Position numbers and translations under genes: made by a program. Source: Trypanosoma brucei (Eukaryota). Taken from it: a stretch of DNA of 64,000 nucleotides. Location: positions 864,001 to 928,000 of the forward strand of contig AL929603.2 in the NCBI GenBank assembly GCA_000002445.1. The letters run 5' to 3'. Positions 55,501 to 64,000 of the stretch are shown one piece after another. The notes beneath the pieces were generated by a model. It saw nothing but the letters and a program-made list of their open reading frames with translations. It ran no database searches and was not told the DNA's origin. Every line of letters begins with the position of its first letter. Position 1 is the first letter of the stretch.

Positions 55501-56056
55501 TGGGTCGTCTCGCGGTGCAGAGGTGGAGCAGCAGGTTATGGTGGAGCTAAAATCCTTTAAGTCCTGCATTTCAGTTACACCTCACCACGCGGACACGGAA
55601 TGGCGACAGCGTGGTGAGGTCCATTTCCAGTACTCCCTGGCGTTCATGATGGGTCGTTGCTTCTCTGCCAACATGCTGCAAACAATTTTTATCCACGCTC
55701 ACCGGAATCGTTGTATTATGAAATTCCTTAACAACGTGTTGTGCCTGCATCGGCAGGGAAGTGTGTTTGATACAGGGGGGTGGAACAGCGGCGACAAGTC
55801 GGACACCACTCTTTTTAAGGTATGTGGGAACCAGCTTTTGCATTTTCAAACGTTCGGCGATTTGTTTGTGTTCCTCCTGAAACACCGTTCGTGGGTGGCC
55901 ATCGGTGTTTTCCGCCGATTCCCGACGTCTGAGGGGCTTCCAGGCGTTCCCCGCTATTTCATTACGAACCCCCCAATGAAAATGCCGTTAAGGGTTGATG
56001 ATGTGGTGTACGCCCTTTCTGGAGTCACGGGAGCACATAACAGAATGGGTTGCTAA
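52526..56056 (+). CDS. calcium-activated-type (Slo/BK-like) potassium channel subunit
   Basis: 1176-aa ORF. The N-terminus has multiple hydrophobic helices, then a pore-helix/selectivity-filter segment LYFVMATVSTTGFGDVLPQ (TxGFGD, a variant of the K+ channel TxGYGD). Directly after comes an RCK/TrkA-N-type segment HFIVYGHVSQEDAVSILDEV...AVIISPTSDG, and a long cytosolic tail follows. Trypanosomes are known to encode K+ channels of this type; no specific gene identifier is claimed. Confidence 0.8.
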   Translation: MKEVGREVCMYTLYPRFDAQPSDPALLGEAAGNELLKEVTDLTSKGHRMDVGEYIPFRRSLRFNTPQSRRPARRRRGLQDTAPEYESEGSSGFCSDVLATFASQLRCLFPCCGPRRVEDEKLWFGFAMTRGVRNIYLRVVRQHPIVSMIVWSVLFLCETTMVAIYLWQVSGVAEGATWNSFTEEELGLCFCISSALSILLLSQLIFAYSFTPFTIVVVLVTTIYQIVLLFMALVFGLTWASRMYVPMFLRCWPMRQYFLFLLDSVAMLSSSSDRLDVVRLAAPSLSLFLTMVFTTACIFQIQQIFSGTMIGTIDSLYFVMATVSTTGFGDVLPQGNIGRMLTIGIIFVFLAKMPSWIVVVVGMVKMLRDFPKYGGPPHHFIVYGHVSQEDAVSILDEVFKLYPTRSVCFCNASFPRDVLSLGGHPNYRMRSTFMVVKVLNKASLHRMRVSEADAVIISPTSDGTAKARDDDVFLSSVTFQRHAPFVQQYLQLRFGTHIKLLEERETMVDQNMRSIMASALILPGIVPFLVNLVRTASSGGSSPASLWSEEGMDNWKDLYEYSRRATFRTFTVPPYFERRPLRDAVYLLKTFNVLVVGVEEGRNRMMILDLDYKLALSDTILVLHESGSDSVDLALRALDPTEGSRGSMTGCDRSEQWEARMASPAADASAQSGSRGDVPDAEVEELGAVGIDSASLIYPFNPSFEVPTGSNEEVPCLGTECDNSPGKTPPVAMQGHKGKANVPLPNSVALSKGTITSVLDMQVERLRRRLLGEDFVVKCFGDVSLSRLPLGGSLAVLTHLLNWRQAVCTRSEPVESSVERIERQINDILRHVSNEYQCGRSGKAPGENFLFIDHVSSFKQPLLESMYDHYLNDHASRFELVQMMRCIRGIHSRSRVTLLSWQSLSDSFLRQWDSSFEFPLRHIRGSSTMESHLNYAIKESGGAANLRGILIYCSQLSHWDFKDVPLVAVENNIRAILDCHATSEKQQQGVGGGSSRGAEVEQQVMVELKSFKSCISVTPHHADTEWRQRGEVHFQYSLAFMMGRCFSANMLQTIFIHAHRNRCIMKFLNNVLCLHRQGSVFDTGGWNSGDKSDTTLFKVCGNQLLHFQTFGDLFVFLLKHRSWVAIGVFRRFPTSEGLPGVPRYFITNPPMKMPLRVDDVVYALSGVTGAHNRMGC

Positions 56057-56129
56057 CGTTTACAAGAAGGGAGTGTTAAATTGTGACTAGGTAACCGTGG
56101 GGTTTAAGGGACATGGTTTGGTGTGCGTC

Positions 56130-56196
56130 ATATATATATATATATATATATAATGCGTTTGTGAGAATGGTACTCACGCGCTGGTGCTGGGAGATG

Positions 56197-56270
<74 letters not shown>
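56130..56270. repeat. compound microsatellite (TA)11 ... (TG)35
   Basis: tatatatatatatatatatatata at 56130-56152 and an uninterrupted (tg)n from 56201 to 56270, in the intergenic region downstream of the K+ channel gene. Confidence 0.95.
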
Positions 56271-56272
<2 letters not shown>

Positions 56273-57356
56273 AGCCACGTTGGTTTCTTCTTCGATTAAC
56301 GTAACTTATTGTGTGTACATGCCTTTAGTCGTTCCCTTACCTCGTTTGCACAGGAATTGTGTGCTAACGTTGTTTTCCCTGCTTCTGTTCCCTCCCTTCA
56401 CAAGTGACGAGATGTGAACGCGCCGCTGTCAGCAATGTTGTTATTGCGGATTTCCCTTCTTTGTTTCTTTTTTCAGTTACCGTTTTCTCCATTATTCCCT
56501 TTATCCGCTTCTCTTTCCTTTCTGTTGGCACTGGAGTTAAGCCGTGAAGGGAAAGGAAGCCTGCGTTGTCGTTCTTTTTGCCAGCGTTTTGGCGTTCTTT
56601 CACTCTTTTTTTTTCCGTGCTTCACTCCCTTTTTTCGTGGCTGAGAGCGCGCAACTGAAAAGTGTTCATAAACGGCGAGATCGTGGTGGTGGTGGATGAT
56701 GAATGAGTTGTGGCAGTGTTTTTACCGTTCGCGTGTATAAGTGTTGTTCCAAGAGTGGTAATAGCAGTAAGAGTTGATAATGCTCGCAGCATTTTTTTAA
56801 AGTATATGGGTAAATGAAGAAAAATACATAAATATAAATTTATGTATGCGCGTGTGTAAACGTGCTTATAGCAATATGTGAAGGTATCTTACGATGCTGG
56901 TGTTGGTGCTTGCGTTGCGCGTCTATCTCTTTGGCCACATGCGCGCACCAAATGCGAAACTCTTTTTTGTCGCTGTAGATTTTTTTTATTTCGTTGCTTT
57001 CCCCGTCTGCTCCGTTGCTTATGGAGGGGAAGAGCTGTGTACTTGCTCCGACTCGTTAACCCTAGCCCTCTCCATTGTCCTTGTTCGGCAGGAGCAGGTT
57101 TTGTAGTTGAGTCTTTGCTCATATTCTTTCGTCATATTGTTTTTCTTTTCTTTTTTTTCCCCTCTCCTCTACCTCTCACTTGGAATTCATTGCCCCCCCT
57201 TTTGAAAAAAAATTGCGCCATCTTGTTTATTGTAAAAGAGGGTAATTGTTGCTCTGTCATCCAATTGGTGACGTGCATCTCTAGACGGTTGCAATAGCAA
57301 TCGTGTCAAAGGGGACCCGGAGGCCCGGCACAAATTGCAATAGAAAAAAAAAATAA

Positions 57357-58754
57357 GTGAACCCACGGAGAAATAACACTAATACCCAACGCCTGTGTGT
57401 GGAGCAGGGAGTTAAGCGTCTCATGATAAAAAACGCGTCGCCACTGCATCCTTACAACATTGATGCACCAATGGGAACATCTCTGTGGAGAATAGGGCGC
57501 AGCTCGCAGCATCGACCCTCGCCAGAGTGCCACACCACCGTTCCAGATGTCGTGGCCACTGTTGCCACTGACTCGATGGATTCACACCATAATTCCACAG
57601 AAGAGAAGCCGTCGTGTTGCCCACGTCTGAGAACACCCGTGAGAGGTGATGACTACGATGGTTTGTTTTCACACGCGTGGTGGCGTTGTAGTAACTGCGT
57701 ACACGACCCGGGATTACTTGCCTACGGCCTCCATCGGACGGCTGCACTGTCATCCTTTCAGGCTGCTCAACAGCAAACCACATGCGCTGCACGGCTGAAT
57801 GGCTGTTCTCATCACGCCAATCTCGGTGGTAACGACTGCGGAGGGTCATATAATTTTGTTAGGGGTTGCTGCGGGAAATTCGGCTGTGGCCACCTTCCGT
57901 GTCGCGCAACCGCTCATGGCAGCGTGGCTGAAGGAGTCAACCCTATGCGGTATTGGCCACAGACAAACGAATACCACTCATATAACTACCCCCATGCCGC
58001 GGGGCGTGCGCACGAGGCGTCCGAATTAGCGCCGTCAGGAAAGCCAACGACGCGGGCGTGGTATCAAGTGCCCTGTGACACAAGTGAACTACATCCCCTT
58101 AGTCAGCCGTACAATATTTCGGAACGTCCGTCCACTCCACAGTGTGATGCCGCTACGGCTTCTGGGGGAGTGGAAGCACCCGACTGGTTAACCAGTCGCG
58201 CTCGGGCCCGGTATGAGCAGAGCAGGTCGCGATCGCCGGTGTGCACGCCATGTCGTTCCTCCCCTGTATTGGGCGGCGATGTGGAGGGAGCCCGAGGTGA
58301 AGCATTTGCCATTCATCGATTCAGTTGCCAGTTGGAGTCGTTGCAGCGGCGACTGGACGCATTGGAAGCGGAGTGTGTGGTGAAGTCTGGTGTTATGCAT
58401 GGAAGGCCACCACCGCATGGAGTGGGAGAAATGGGATCGGTATACACGGCGGATGAGTGTCCGAGCAACCGCAGCACTGCCGTAGCGCCGACTCCCTCAA
58501 CCCCAGCAACACCGCCGCCTTTGCCACCGGAGCCGAAGATGTCACCGATGGATTCTGCATCTCATGAAGGGACAACAATGAAGTCACCGCCCTATCGGCA
58601 AGTGTGGCCGCACTCGACACCATCGTCACCGACTGCAGGCGCGTCTGACAACGGCGGTGGGATTACACTTGAGCGTCTCATGCGGGCAGTGCGTTCGGCA
58701 AGGGAGCGGGCAAGGCAGCAGGACTGCCAAACTGCAGCCTCATCAAATGCATAG
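57357..58754 (+). CDS. hypothetical Cys-rich protein
   Basis: 465-aa ORF. It has a Cys/His cluster (WWRCSNCVHDPG...CAARLNGCSHHANLGGNDCGGSYNFVRGCCGKFGCGHLPCR), a short C-terminal heptad region and a Pro-rich tail. No family recognised. Confidence 0.65.
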   Translation: MNPRRNNTNTQRLCVEQGVKRLMIKNASPLHPYNIDAPMGTSLWRIGRSSQHRPSPECHTTVPDVVATVATDSMDSHHNSTEEKPSCCPRLRTPVRGDDYDGLFSHAWWRCSNCVHDPGLLAYGLHRTAALSSFQAAQQQTTCAARLNGCSHHANLGGNDCGGSYNFVRGCCGKFGCGHLPCRATAHGSVAEGVNPMRYWPQTNEYHSYNYPHAAGRAHEASELAPSGKPTTRAWYQVPCDTSELHPLSQPYNISERPSTPQCDAATASGGVEAPDWLTSRARARYEQSRSRSPVCTPCRSSPVLGGDVEGARGEAFAIHRFSCQLESLQRRLDALEAECVVKSGVMHGRPPPHGVGEMGSVYTADECPSNRSTAVAPTPSTPATPPPLPPEPKMSPMDSASHEGTTMKSPPYRQVWPHSTPSSPTAGASDNGGGITLERLMRAVRSARERARQQDCQTAASSNA

Positions 58755-59434
58755 ACGGTGAGAAGGTGAAAGAAAACTGATGATCGAATTCCAAAAACTT
58801 GTTTGGATTCTTTTGCCCAGTGCATCCGAGTGTGTGAGGTGGGTGCAGTGATGGTGGTACGGAGGGCTGCTGAATGCTGCTGCGACTGGTGTGTCTTACT
58901 TGCACCTTAGGGGTAAGGAAAGAAAATATTATATCTTCATCTTCCTTCTACGCCTCTCTGTATTTTTCTGTTGAGCACTTGTAAACTTCATTTTTTTTGT
59001 TTGATCACGAAAGAATGTATCACTGTATGGCATGTGCCATATGCATGTTTGCTTTTACGGCAGTCGGTGGACACCCCTCAGAAATCGAGCCCAAGTACGA
59101 TTAGGCGTCCTCACCTCTCGTGCTTACTTACTTCCTTCGTTTTTTTTTTTGTACGGGCTCAACCGCTTCTAATTTATTTTCTTTTACTATTAATACCTCA
59201 GCCGTTTATATCTTCTCTTGGACCCTCATCTCATTATCCACTCTAAGCGGTTGACACCTTTTGGGTTTAACTGTTTACTCTTTGGTGTAAAGGACGGCTA
59301 GCGAGCCGCCACTATATTGGTGGTACTAAGCAAGTATCGAACACATACTGGTAGATAGATACACATTCAAACAGTTTGGTGAGTTACACCACATCATAGA
59401 AGCTAGACCGCATACATAATATTGTTATAATAAT

Positions 59435-59439
<5 letters not shown>

Positions 59440-59476
<37 letters not shown>
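59440..59476. repeat. (AT)n microsatellite preceded by (TAA)4
   Basis: taataataataatatatatatatatatatatatatatatatatatatatata, 50 nt upstream of the Ctf4-like ATG. Confidence 0.95.
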
Positions 59477-59478
<2 letters not shown>

Positions 59479-59526
59479 GTGCAAATCCCTAACTAACACT
59501 CTGACACGAATTATTTAAGGATCTGA

Positions 59527-62500
59527 GTGTGGCAAACCATGGAACATCCCCATTTGCAGGTACACTCCCCCGGCCCCATTCGAGTGAGCATCGATGGGCA
59601 TTATGCCTTAAGTGGTGGGGCTGATGGAGTTGTGGCGCTTCACCCGCTCCGACGGTTCCCAACAGCTCAGCCGCTTTGGGCACGTCAATGCCATACGGGG
59701 GCCGTCACATGTGTGCGACTTCACACTGCCCTGCGTCTTGCCATCTCTTGTGGCCGTGACGGCACCGTCGTACTCCATGAAAATGTTATTAGCGACGTCA
59801 ACGCCACAAGCAACAATAACAGCAACACAAATGCTTCCACTGCTGGAACCGATGCTAACAGCGGGGAACATACGGTGCGCGTCATGTGTCGTGTAACTGG
59901 TGAATTGCGGACGGTACTGTTTGATTCAGAGAGACGGCGTGTCTTTATTGCGGGCGACTCGTTACGTTGCCTTCACATGTCACCAAGTGGCTGTGTGGTG
60001 CAAACTATTCCTATGTGTGTGCCATCCCCAGTTGTTTCTCTCGCTCTTTCACCGTGTGGGGGCGTGTTGGCAGTTGCGTCTGCTAGCTGTGCGCTAGGTG
60101 TTGTTTCAGTTTGCAGCTCGTCGTCAAATGATTCGGCATCGTCGCACTTCTCACGTGAAAACTCCCAAGAGTCACAGGAAAGGGCTAACCGGCTGAAGGA
60201 CTTGAAGATTGTTCTTCCAAATGTGTTAACACCGGTGGCTAAGCGAGAGGACGAAGTGGCCTATCGCCTCACCTGGTGCACCACTGGAAATGGTGCTTTG
60301 TTTCTGCTGGTTCCTCGAGTGACAGAGGCGCGTGTGCTGCGCTTTGAAGAGGCGACCACACCCCCATATACTCATCGGCTTCGACATGTTGGTAATATTG
60401 ATAGTCTTGGGCTCACGGATCTACTTGGTGTGGCATGTCACCCGTTGAGTGTGCACGTGATATCCGTGCTCCTGGTGAGCGGGGCAGGTACTGTTGTGGG
60501 AAAAGTGGATACACGCAAGTGGAATATTGTGCGAATCCGGTCACAAAATTACACGGGCTGTGCGGACGCCGAAGTGGACTCAACAAGTGGCGATGTGGTT
60601 GTGGGGACGCTGGACGGGAGGGTGACATATATGAAACGGGAGGCTCCAAAGGCTGTGGGAGCATCAACAAAAGGTGCCACGGAAGGTGAAGGCAAGACTA
60701 ACAGGGTGTCGGAAAGTGACTGTGGAGGAGCAAAGAAGAAGTTGAAGACGGAGCCATCTGTGAGGGACCGAAGCAGGGACGTGACGAATGGCGATAAGGC
60801 GGGGCAACGAAATAACCGGGAGGTGAGGGACGGTGGTGGTCGCGACGGTAGTGACGATGGGTTTATTGTTGATGACGACGATAGTGGTAGTAGCGGTGGT
60901 GTCAAGTCAGTTTCCTCAGGATCATCGGTTATGGCTGTGGAGGAGGATTTTAAACAAGTGGTTGCGGATCTGAAGCGGACGAATCCGACGTACGACGATG
61001 AGATCGATCAAAAGGAGCGACCATCCCGATGGCGGAGGGAAGATCCCCGTCGAGTAATACGTGACGTGGAGGATGGTGATGCTACGGGAACCCCCCGCCG
61101 GTCAGTTTTCCTCGATGACGAGGCAGAAGAGTCATCAGACGGTAACAGTGACGACGACGGTCGCGAGGAGGAGGATGAGGAGGGTGAGGATGATTATGAT
61201 GGAAACCATGTCGCCAGTACCGTGAGGGGACATGGTCGAAAGAAATTCAATGACGGTGGTGACAACGACTGTGACAGTGAAGCGGTGGACGTTGGAAGTA
61301 CATCAAGCTCCACACACTTGCCGAACGACGCAGCTGCCACACATTCGGGCGCAGCCATGGGTGGATCACCTGTCATGGATTACTTCTTTCAGATTGGCGC
61401 AACGCCCCCTGGGGAGGAGGGCAGTTGCTACCTTGCCTATAACTCCGTTGGGTACATTCACTGCACAGCCGAGGCGACCACAATTCACTTTCACGATATG
61501 TCCCTGCAAGCAGTACGGGTTCTGGAGCGTGGGACAATGCTTATGGCTTCTCTCAGTCCTGTTGGGGCTGCTTTTGTTATTGCGCAGGAGGCTACTGACA
61601 TGGAAAGTGTTGATGACCTCGTTCCACGTCTTACCATTTACTACCGCACCTTTGTTTCTATTGGCTTACAACCTGATTGGCGGTTGCGACTTCACACGGG
61701 TGAGGTGGTGCGTTGCATTGCCACCGGTGTGCGCTATACGGCCGTCGCAACGAGCCGTTACCTTCGTATTTTCTCACTCTCTGGATTGCAGCTCGCCGTA
61801 ATAAGCCTATTTCCTCGCATTGTAGCGATGGTGGGAACCAACAGCAAAAAAGTGATGCAGGGCTACGGGGCAGATTTTGACCCACTTGCTGTGTGTTACC
61901 TTGAGGGGGGTGGGGAGTTGCGGCTTCAGGTGCTCGATGTGGGCTCTAGAAGTGTGGTGGTGCCCGCTACCACTGTTCCAGTCACTACAACACATCAGCT
62001 GCAATGGATGGGTTGGTCAGAGGATGGTCCACTTCACATTGCCGACACCGCTGGTGTGTTGCAGATGTTCACACAGAATTGGGGTGGCAGTTGGGTTCCG
62101 GTCTATGATCCGCGGTGTATGAATGATCAAACTTACAACCTGTGGATTTGGGGTGTGTGTGATGAGTCCATGCTTGTCTATCGTTCATGCAAAGACGATC
62201 CACCCTATCCAGCTGCCGTTGCAAGTGGGTTACCAACTGAGCGGGTATCGTTGTTTCTTCCTCTGCTACACTCTGGCACAGAGCGGGATACGGTCATGTG
62301 GGATCATCTTATACGCCGTGAGGTCCGCACAGATGAGATAAAGCGACGTAGCGACTTTTATACGAGTAATATCGCGAAACACGATATGTTGCACGACAAG
62401 AAGATTATGGAGTTCTTTAATAAGGCACTAGGTGATCAGCAGACCTCGAGAGCGGTGGATCTTGCCACATTTCTTGAACTTCGAGACAATATTGAGGTAT

Positions 62501-63993
62501 GTGCAAAGGAGGCAAACGCAAAGGGACATGCGCAGCTTGTGCAGAAACTTCTCGCCTTGTTGGAGGTGCGCGTAAAGTCCAGGAAAAAGAGACGCTGCTC
62601 GTTACCTTTGGAGGGCTCCGTTGTGAGCGAGCGAGAGCGGGATATGCTGTTGAGGAAGATGCTCATGAAAGAAAAGTCTGAGATGAACAATAACAACGGC
62701 AGTGGGGATTCCACCAAAGTCCACAGCAGCCTCGGTGCCACCAGCAATGAATGTGGCCACGACAACACCAAAGGCGATGGTACCAACAGCAGCAACCCAA
62801 CTGCTGGAAGTCCGGACCGTTCTCTGAATCAGGTGGAAGATAAGCCCGAAACCGCTAACAGTTCTTGTGCAACTGCGAGTTTCCCCACACGGCGGCGTGT
62901 CACGTTTGCTGACGCTCCAAGCTCTTCTCCATCGCCAGGGAGATCTCTCCGAGCCTCGCCAGGAGGTGCTGGCGCCGTAAGCACCAAAACTCCCGCGGTT
63001 CTGGGACCATCATCAGCCTCAAAGGCAACGAACCCTTTTAGCAAGCGGCCCACGGGTGGAAAGGCTCCCACAACCGCTTCGACTGCAGCGACGGCAGTGC
63101 AGGCACCGCCGCAGCCCAAGAAACCGATAAACCCCTTCAACAAGTCGGTGAAGGCGGCAACAAGTTCGGTTGATTTGTCAGCTTTACAGAGTCGCTCGTT
63201 AACCCAGTCGCCTGAAAAAGGCGCACCACCCTCCACCACCATGCTTGTTCTCGGAGATTCGCAGTCGCAGGATACCTTTGAGACGGAGGGAAGTGAAGGA
63301 AGGACAAAGGACTTAGAAATGGGGAGGGATGTTGTGGGATCACCCCAGCAGCGCTTGTCATCAAACGCAAGTGCTGTGACTCCACTGTTGTCACCATCGT
63401 TAACAACTTCAGCTGCCGCTTCGGGGACACCGAAAAGAGGCGATGGTGCTGGCATGCAGTCACCAGAGGCTGCAGCACACGGCCCCGGGTGTAACAAAGG
63501 AAATGTTATGCATCCCCAAAAAGGGATTAGTACAGAAACCGTACACCCCGCCACGCAGAAGGATTCTACCAACGGCCTCTACACTGCAGGGGGTTTGGCA
63601 ACGACAACCACAGTTACCAGAACTCAGAATAATAGTGTAACGACGACTCACTTCGTCCCAAAGGTGGAGCCTTTTCTTTCACCACAGAATGCCGTGTCTT
63701 CATCGCTACCAGTGACTAATGAGGTTGCTGATCCGTTCCTCGATGTGAATGATGGTGGTCCCGTTTCGCTTGATTCACTTTTGCTCGATGTGGGCCACGA
63801 TTCATCGGCAACCTTCACTCCACGCAGCGCCTCTTTCGGGGCGGCTTTGCTGAAGCGCTACCGCGAAGAGGAAGAGGACAACAGTAATGGTAGCGTAGGA
63901 TTTGTGGTTGAGACCAAGTTGTCTGCGGCTGCGGCTGGTAATGATATCGACGGCAGTGGTAGTGGCGGAAGTCATGACAACGTTGGCTTGTAG
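59527..63993 (+). CDS. Ctf4/AND-1 (WDHD1)-like protein: N-terminal WD40 repeats plus SepB beta-propeller/helical domain with long Ser/Thr/Pro-rich tail
   Basis: 1488-aa ORF. The N-terminal WD-like blades are DGHYALSGGADGVVALHPL and ISCGRDGTVVLHEN. The central region (YLAYNSVGYIHCTAEATTIHFHDMS...GAAFVIAQ...WRLRLHTGEVVRCIATGVRYTAVATSRYLRIFSLSGLQLAVISL...IVAMVGT...LQWMGWSEDGPLHIADTAGVLQMF...WVPVYD) follows the pattern I remember for the Ctf4/Mcl1/AND-1 SepB domain. A helical bundle comes next (WDHLIRREV...FFNKALGDQQTSRAVDLATFLEL), then an ~400-aa STP-rich disordered tail. Confidence 0.75.
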   Translation: MWQTMEHPHLQVHSPGPIRVSIDGHYALSGGADGVVALHPLRRFPTAQPLWARQCHTGAVTCVRLHTALRLAISCGRDGTVVLHENVISDVNATSNNNSNTNASTAGTDANSGEHTVRVMCRVTGELRTVLFDSERRRVFIAGDSLRCLHMSPSGCVVQTIPMCVPSPVVSLALSPCGGVLAVASASCALGVVSVCSSSSNDSASSHFSRENSQESQERANRLKDLKIVLPNVLTPVAKREDEVAYRLTWCTTGNGALFLLVPRVTEARVLRFEEATTPPYTHRLRHVGNIDSLGLTDLLGVACHPLSVHVISVLLVSGAGTVVGKVDTRKWNIVRIRSQNYTGCADAEVDSTSGDVVVGTLDGRVTYMKREAPKAVGASTKGATEGEGKTNRVSESDCGGAKKKLKTEPSVRDRSRDVTNGDKAGQRNNREVRDGGGRDGSDDGFIVDDDDSGSSGGVKSVSSGSSVMAVEEDFKQVVADLKRTNPTYDDEIDQKERPSRWRREDPRRVIRDVEDGDATGTPRRSVFLDDEAEESSDGNSDDDGREEEDEEGEDDYDGNHVASTVRGHGRKKFNDGGDNDCDSEAVDVGSTSSSTHLPNDAAATHSGAAMGGSPVMDYFFQIGATPPGEEGSCYLAYNSVGYIHCTAEATTIHFHDMSLQAVRVLERGTMLMASLSPVGAAFVIAQEATDMESVDDLVPRLTIYYRTFVSIGLQPDWRLRLHTGEVVRCIATGVRYTAVATSRYLRIFSLSGLQLAVISLFPRIVAMVGTNSKKVMQGYGADFDPLAVCYLEGGGELRLQVLDVGSRSVVVPATTVPVTTTHQLQWMGWSEDGPLHIADTAGVLQMFTQNWGGSWVPVYDPRCMNDQTYNLWIWGVCDESMLVYRSCKDDPPYPAAVASGLPTERVSLFLPLLHSGTERDTVMWDHLIRREVRTDEIKRRSDFYTSNIAKHDMLHDKKIMEFFNKALGDQQTSRAVDLATFLELRDNIEVCAKEANAKGHAQLVQKLLALLEVRVKSRKKRRCSLPLEGSVVSERERDMLLRKMLMKEKSEMNNNNGSGDSTKVHSSLGATSNECGHDNTKGDGTNSSNPTAGSPDRSLNQVEDKPETANSSCATASFPTRRRVTFADAPSSSPSPGRSLRASPGGAGAVSTKTPAVLGPSSASKATNPFSKRPTGGKAPTTASTAATAVQAPPQPKKPINPFNKSVKAATSSVDLSALQSRSLTQSPEKGAPPSTTMLVLGDSQSQDTFETEGSEGRTKDLEMGRDVVGSPQQRLSSNASAVTPLLSPSLTTSAAASGTPKRGDGAGMQSPEAAAHGPGCNKGNVMHPQKGISTETVHPATQKDSTNGLYTAGGLATTTTVTRTQNNSVTTTHFVPKVEPFLSPQNAVSSSLPVTNEVADPFLDVNDGGPVSLDSLLLDVGHDSSATFTPRSASFGAALLKRYREEEEDNSNGSVGFVVETKLSAAAAGNDIDGSGSGGSHDNVGL

Positions 63994-64000
63994 GAAATCT

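Noticed and set aside
62829-63572. 247-aa minus-strand ORF, and many other 60-200-aa minus-strand ORFs (e.g. 45784-46161, 46230-46823, 11139-11660, 30003-30458, 27460-27851).
   Set aside because: Every one overlaps a long + strand CDS or low-complexity spacer in antisense. Their translations are low complexity, and the gene track is otherwise strictly unidirectional, as expected for a kinetoplastid polycistron. They are treated as shadow ORFs.
1-64000. Looked for CRISPR arrays, transposase/retroelement ORFs, rRNA or tRNA genes.
   Set aside because: No direct-repeat/spacer architecture beyond simple microsatellites and the coding array. No reverse-transcriptase, integrase or transposase-like translations. 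No region with recognisable rRNA sequence. I could not identify a tRNA cloverleaf by eye, so absence of tRNAs is not proven.

Overview
The window looks like a trypanosomatid (Trypanosoma-type) nuclear chromosome segment. All 18 long, codon-like ORFs lie on the + strand. They are separated by T/pyrimidine-rich spacers carrying (TA)n, (GT)n, poly-T and poly-A microsatellites, and several ATGs sit just downstream of a polypyrimidine tract plus AG dinucleotide, as expected for a spliced-leader acceptor. The window therefore reads as one directional polycistronic transcription unit with no strand switch. I could not support any rRNA or tRNA gene, CRISPR array or mobile element. Protein families recognised from the translations (memory only, no database search) are BBS5 and a leucine-rich-repeat (LRR) plus coiled-coil protein of the LRRC45 type. 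There is also an RNase H2 subunit B-like protein, a J-domain protein with a C-terminal RING finger, and a very large protein with a tandem ~30/60-aa repeat array and a PDZ-like end. A tandem pair of diverged SMP (synaptotagmin-like mitochondrial lipid-binding protein) domain lipid-transfer-like proteins sits next to each other, and downstream of these lies a large protein with two cold-shock domains. The last family calls are an ABC-ATPase protein, a Ca-activated-type K+ channel (TxGFGD filter plus an RCK, regulator-of-K+-conductance, domain) and a Ctf4/AND-1-like WD40/SepB protein. The remaining ORFs are low-complexity hypothetical proteins. The most unusual points are the adjacent SMP-domain paralogues, the DnaJ-RING fusion, and the in-frame 90/180-nt repeat array. 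There are also four ORF-free intergenic tracts of 2.3-3.8 kb, two of which share a ~26-nt motif. Minus-strand ORFs all overlap + strand genes or low-complexity spacer and are treated as spurious.
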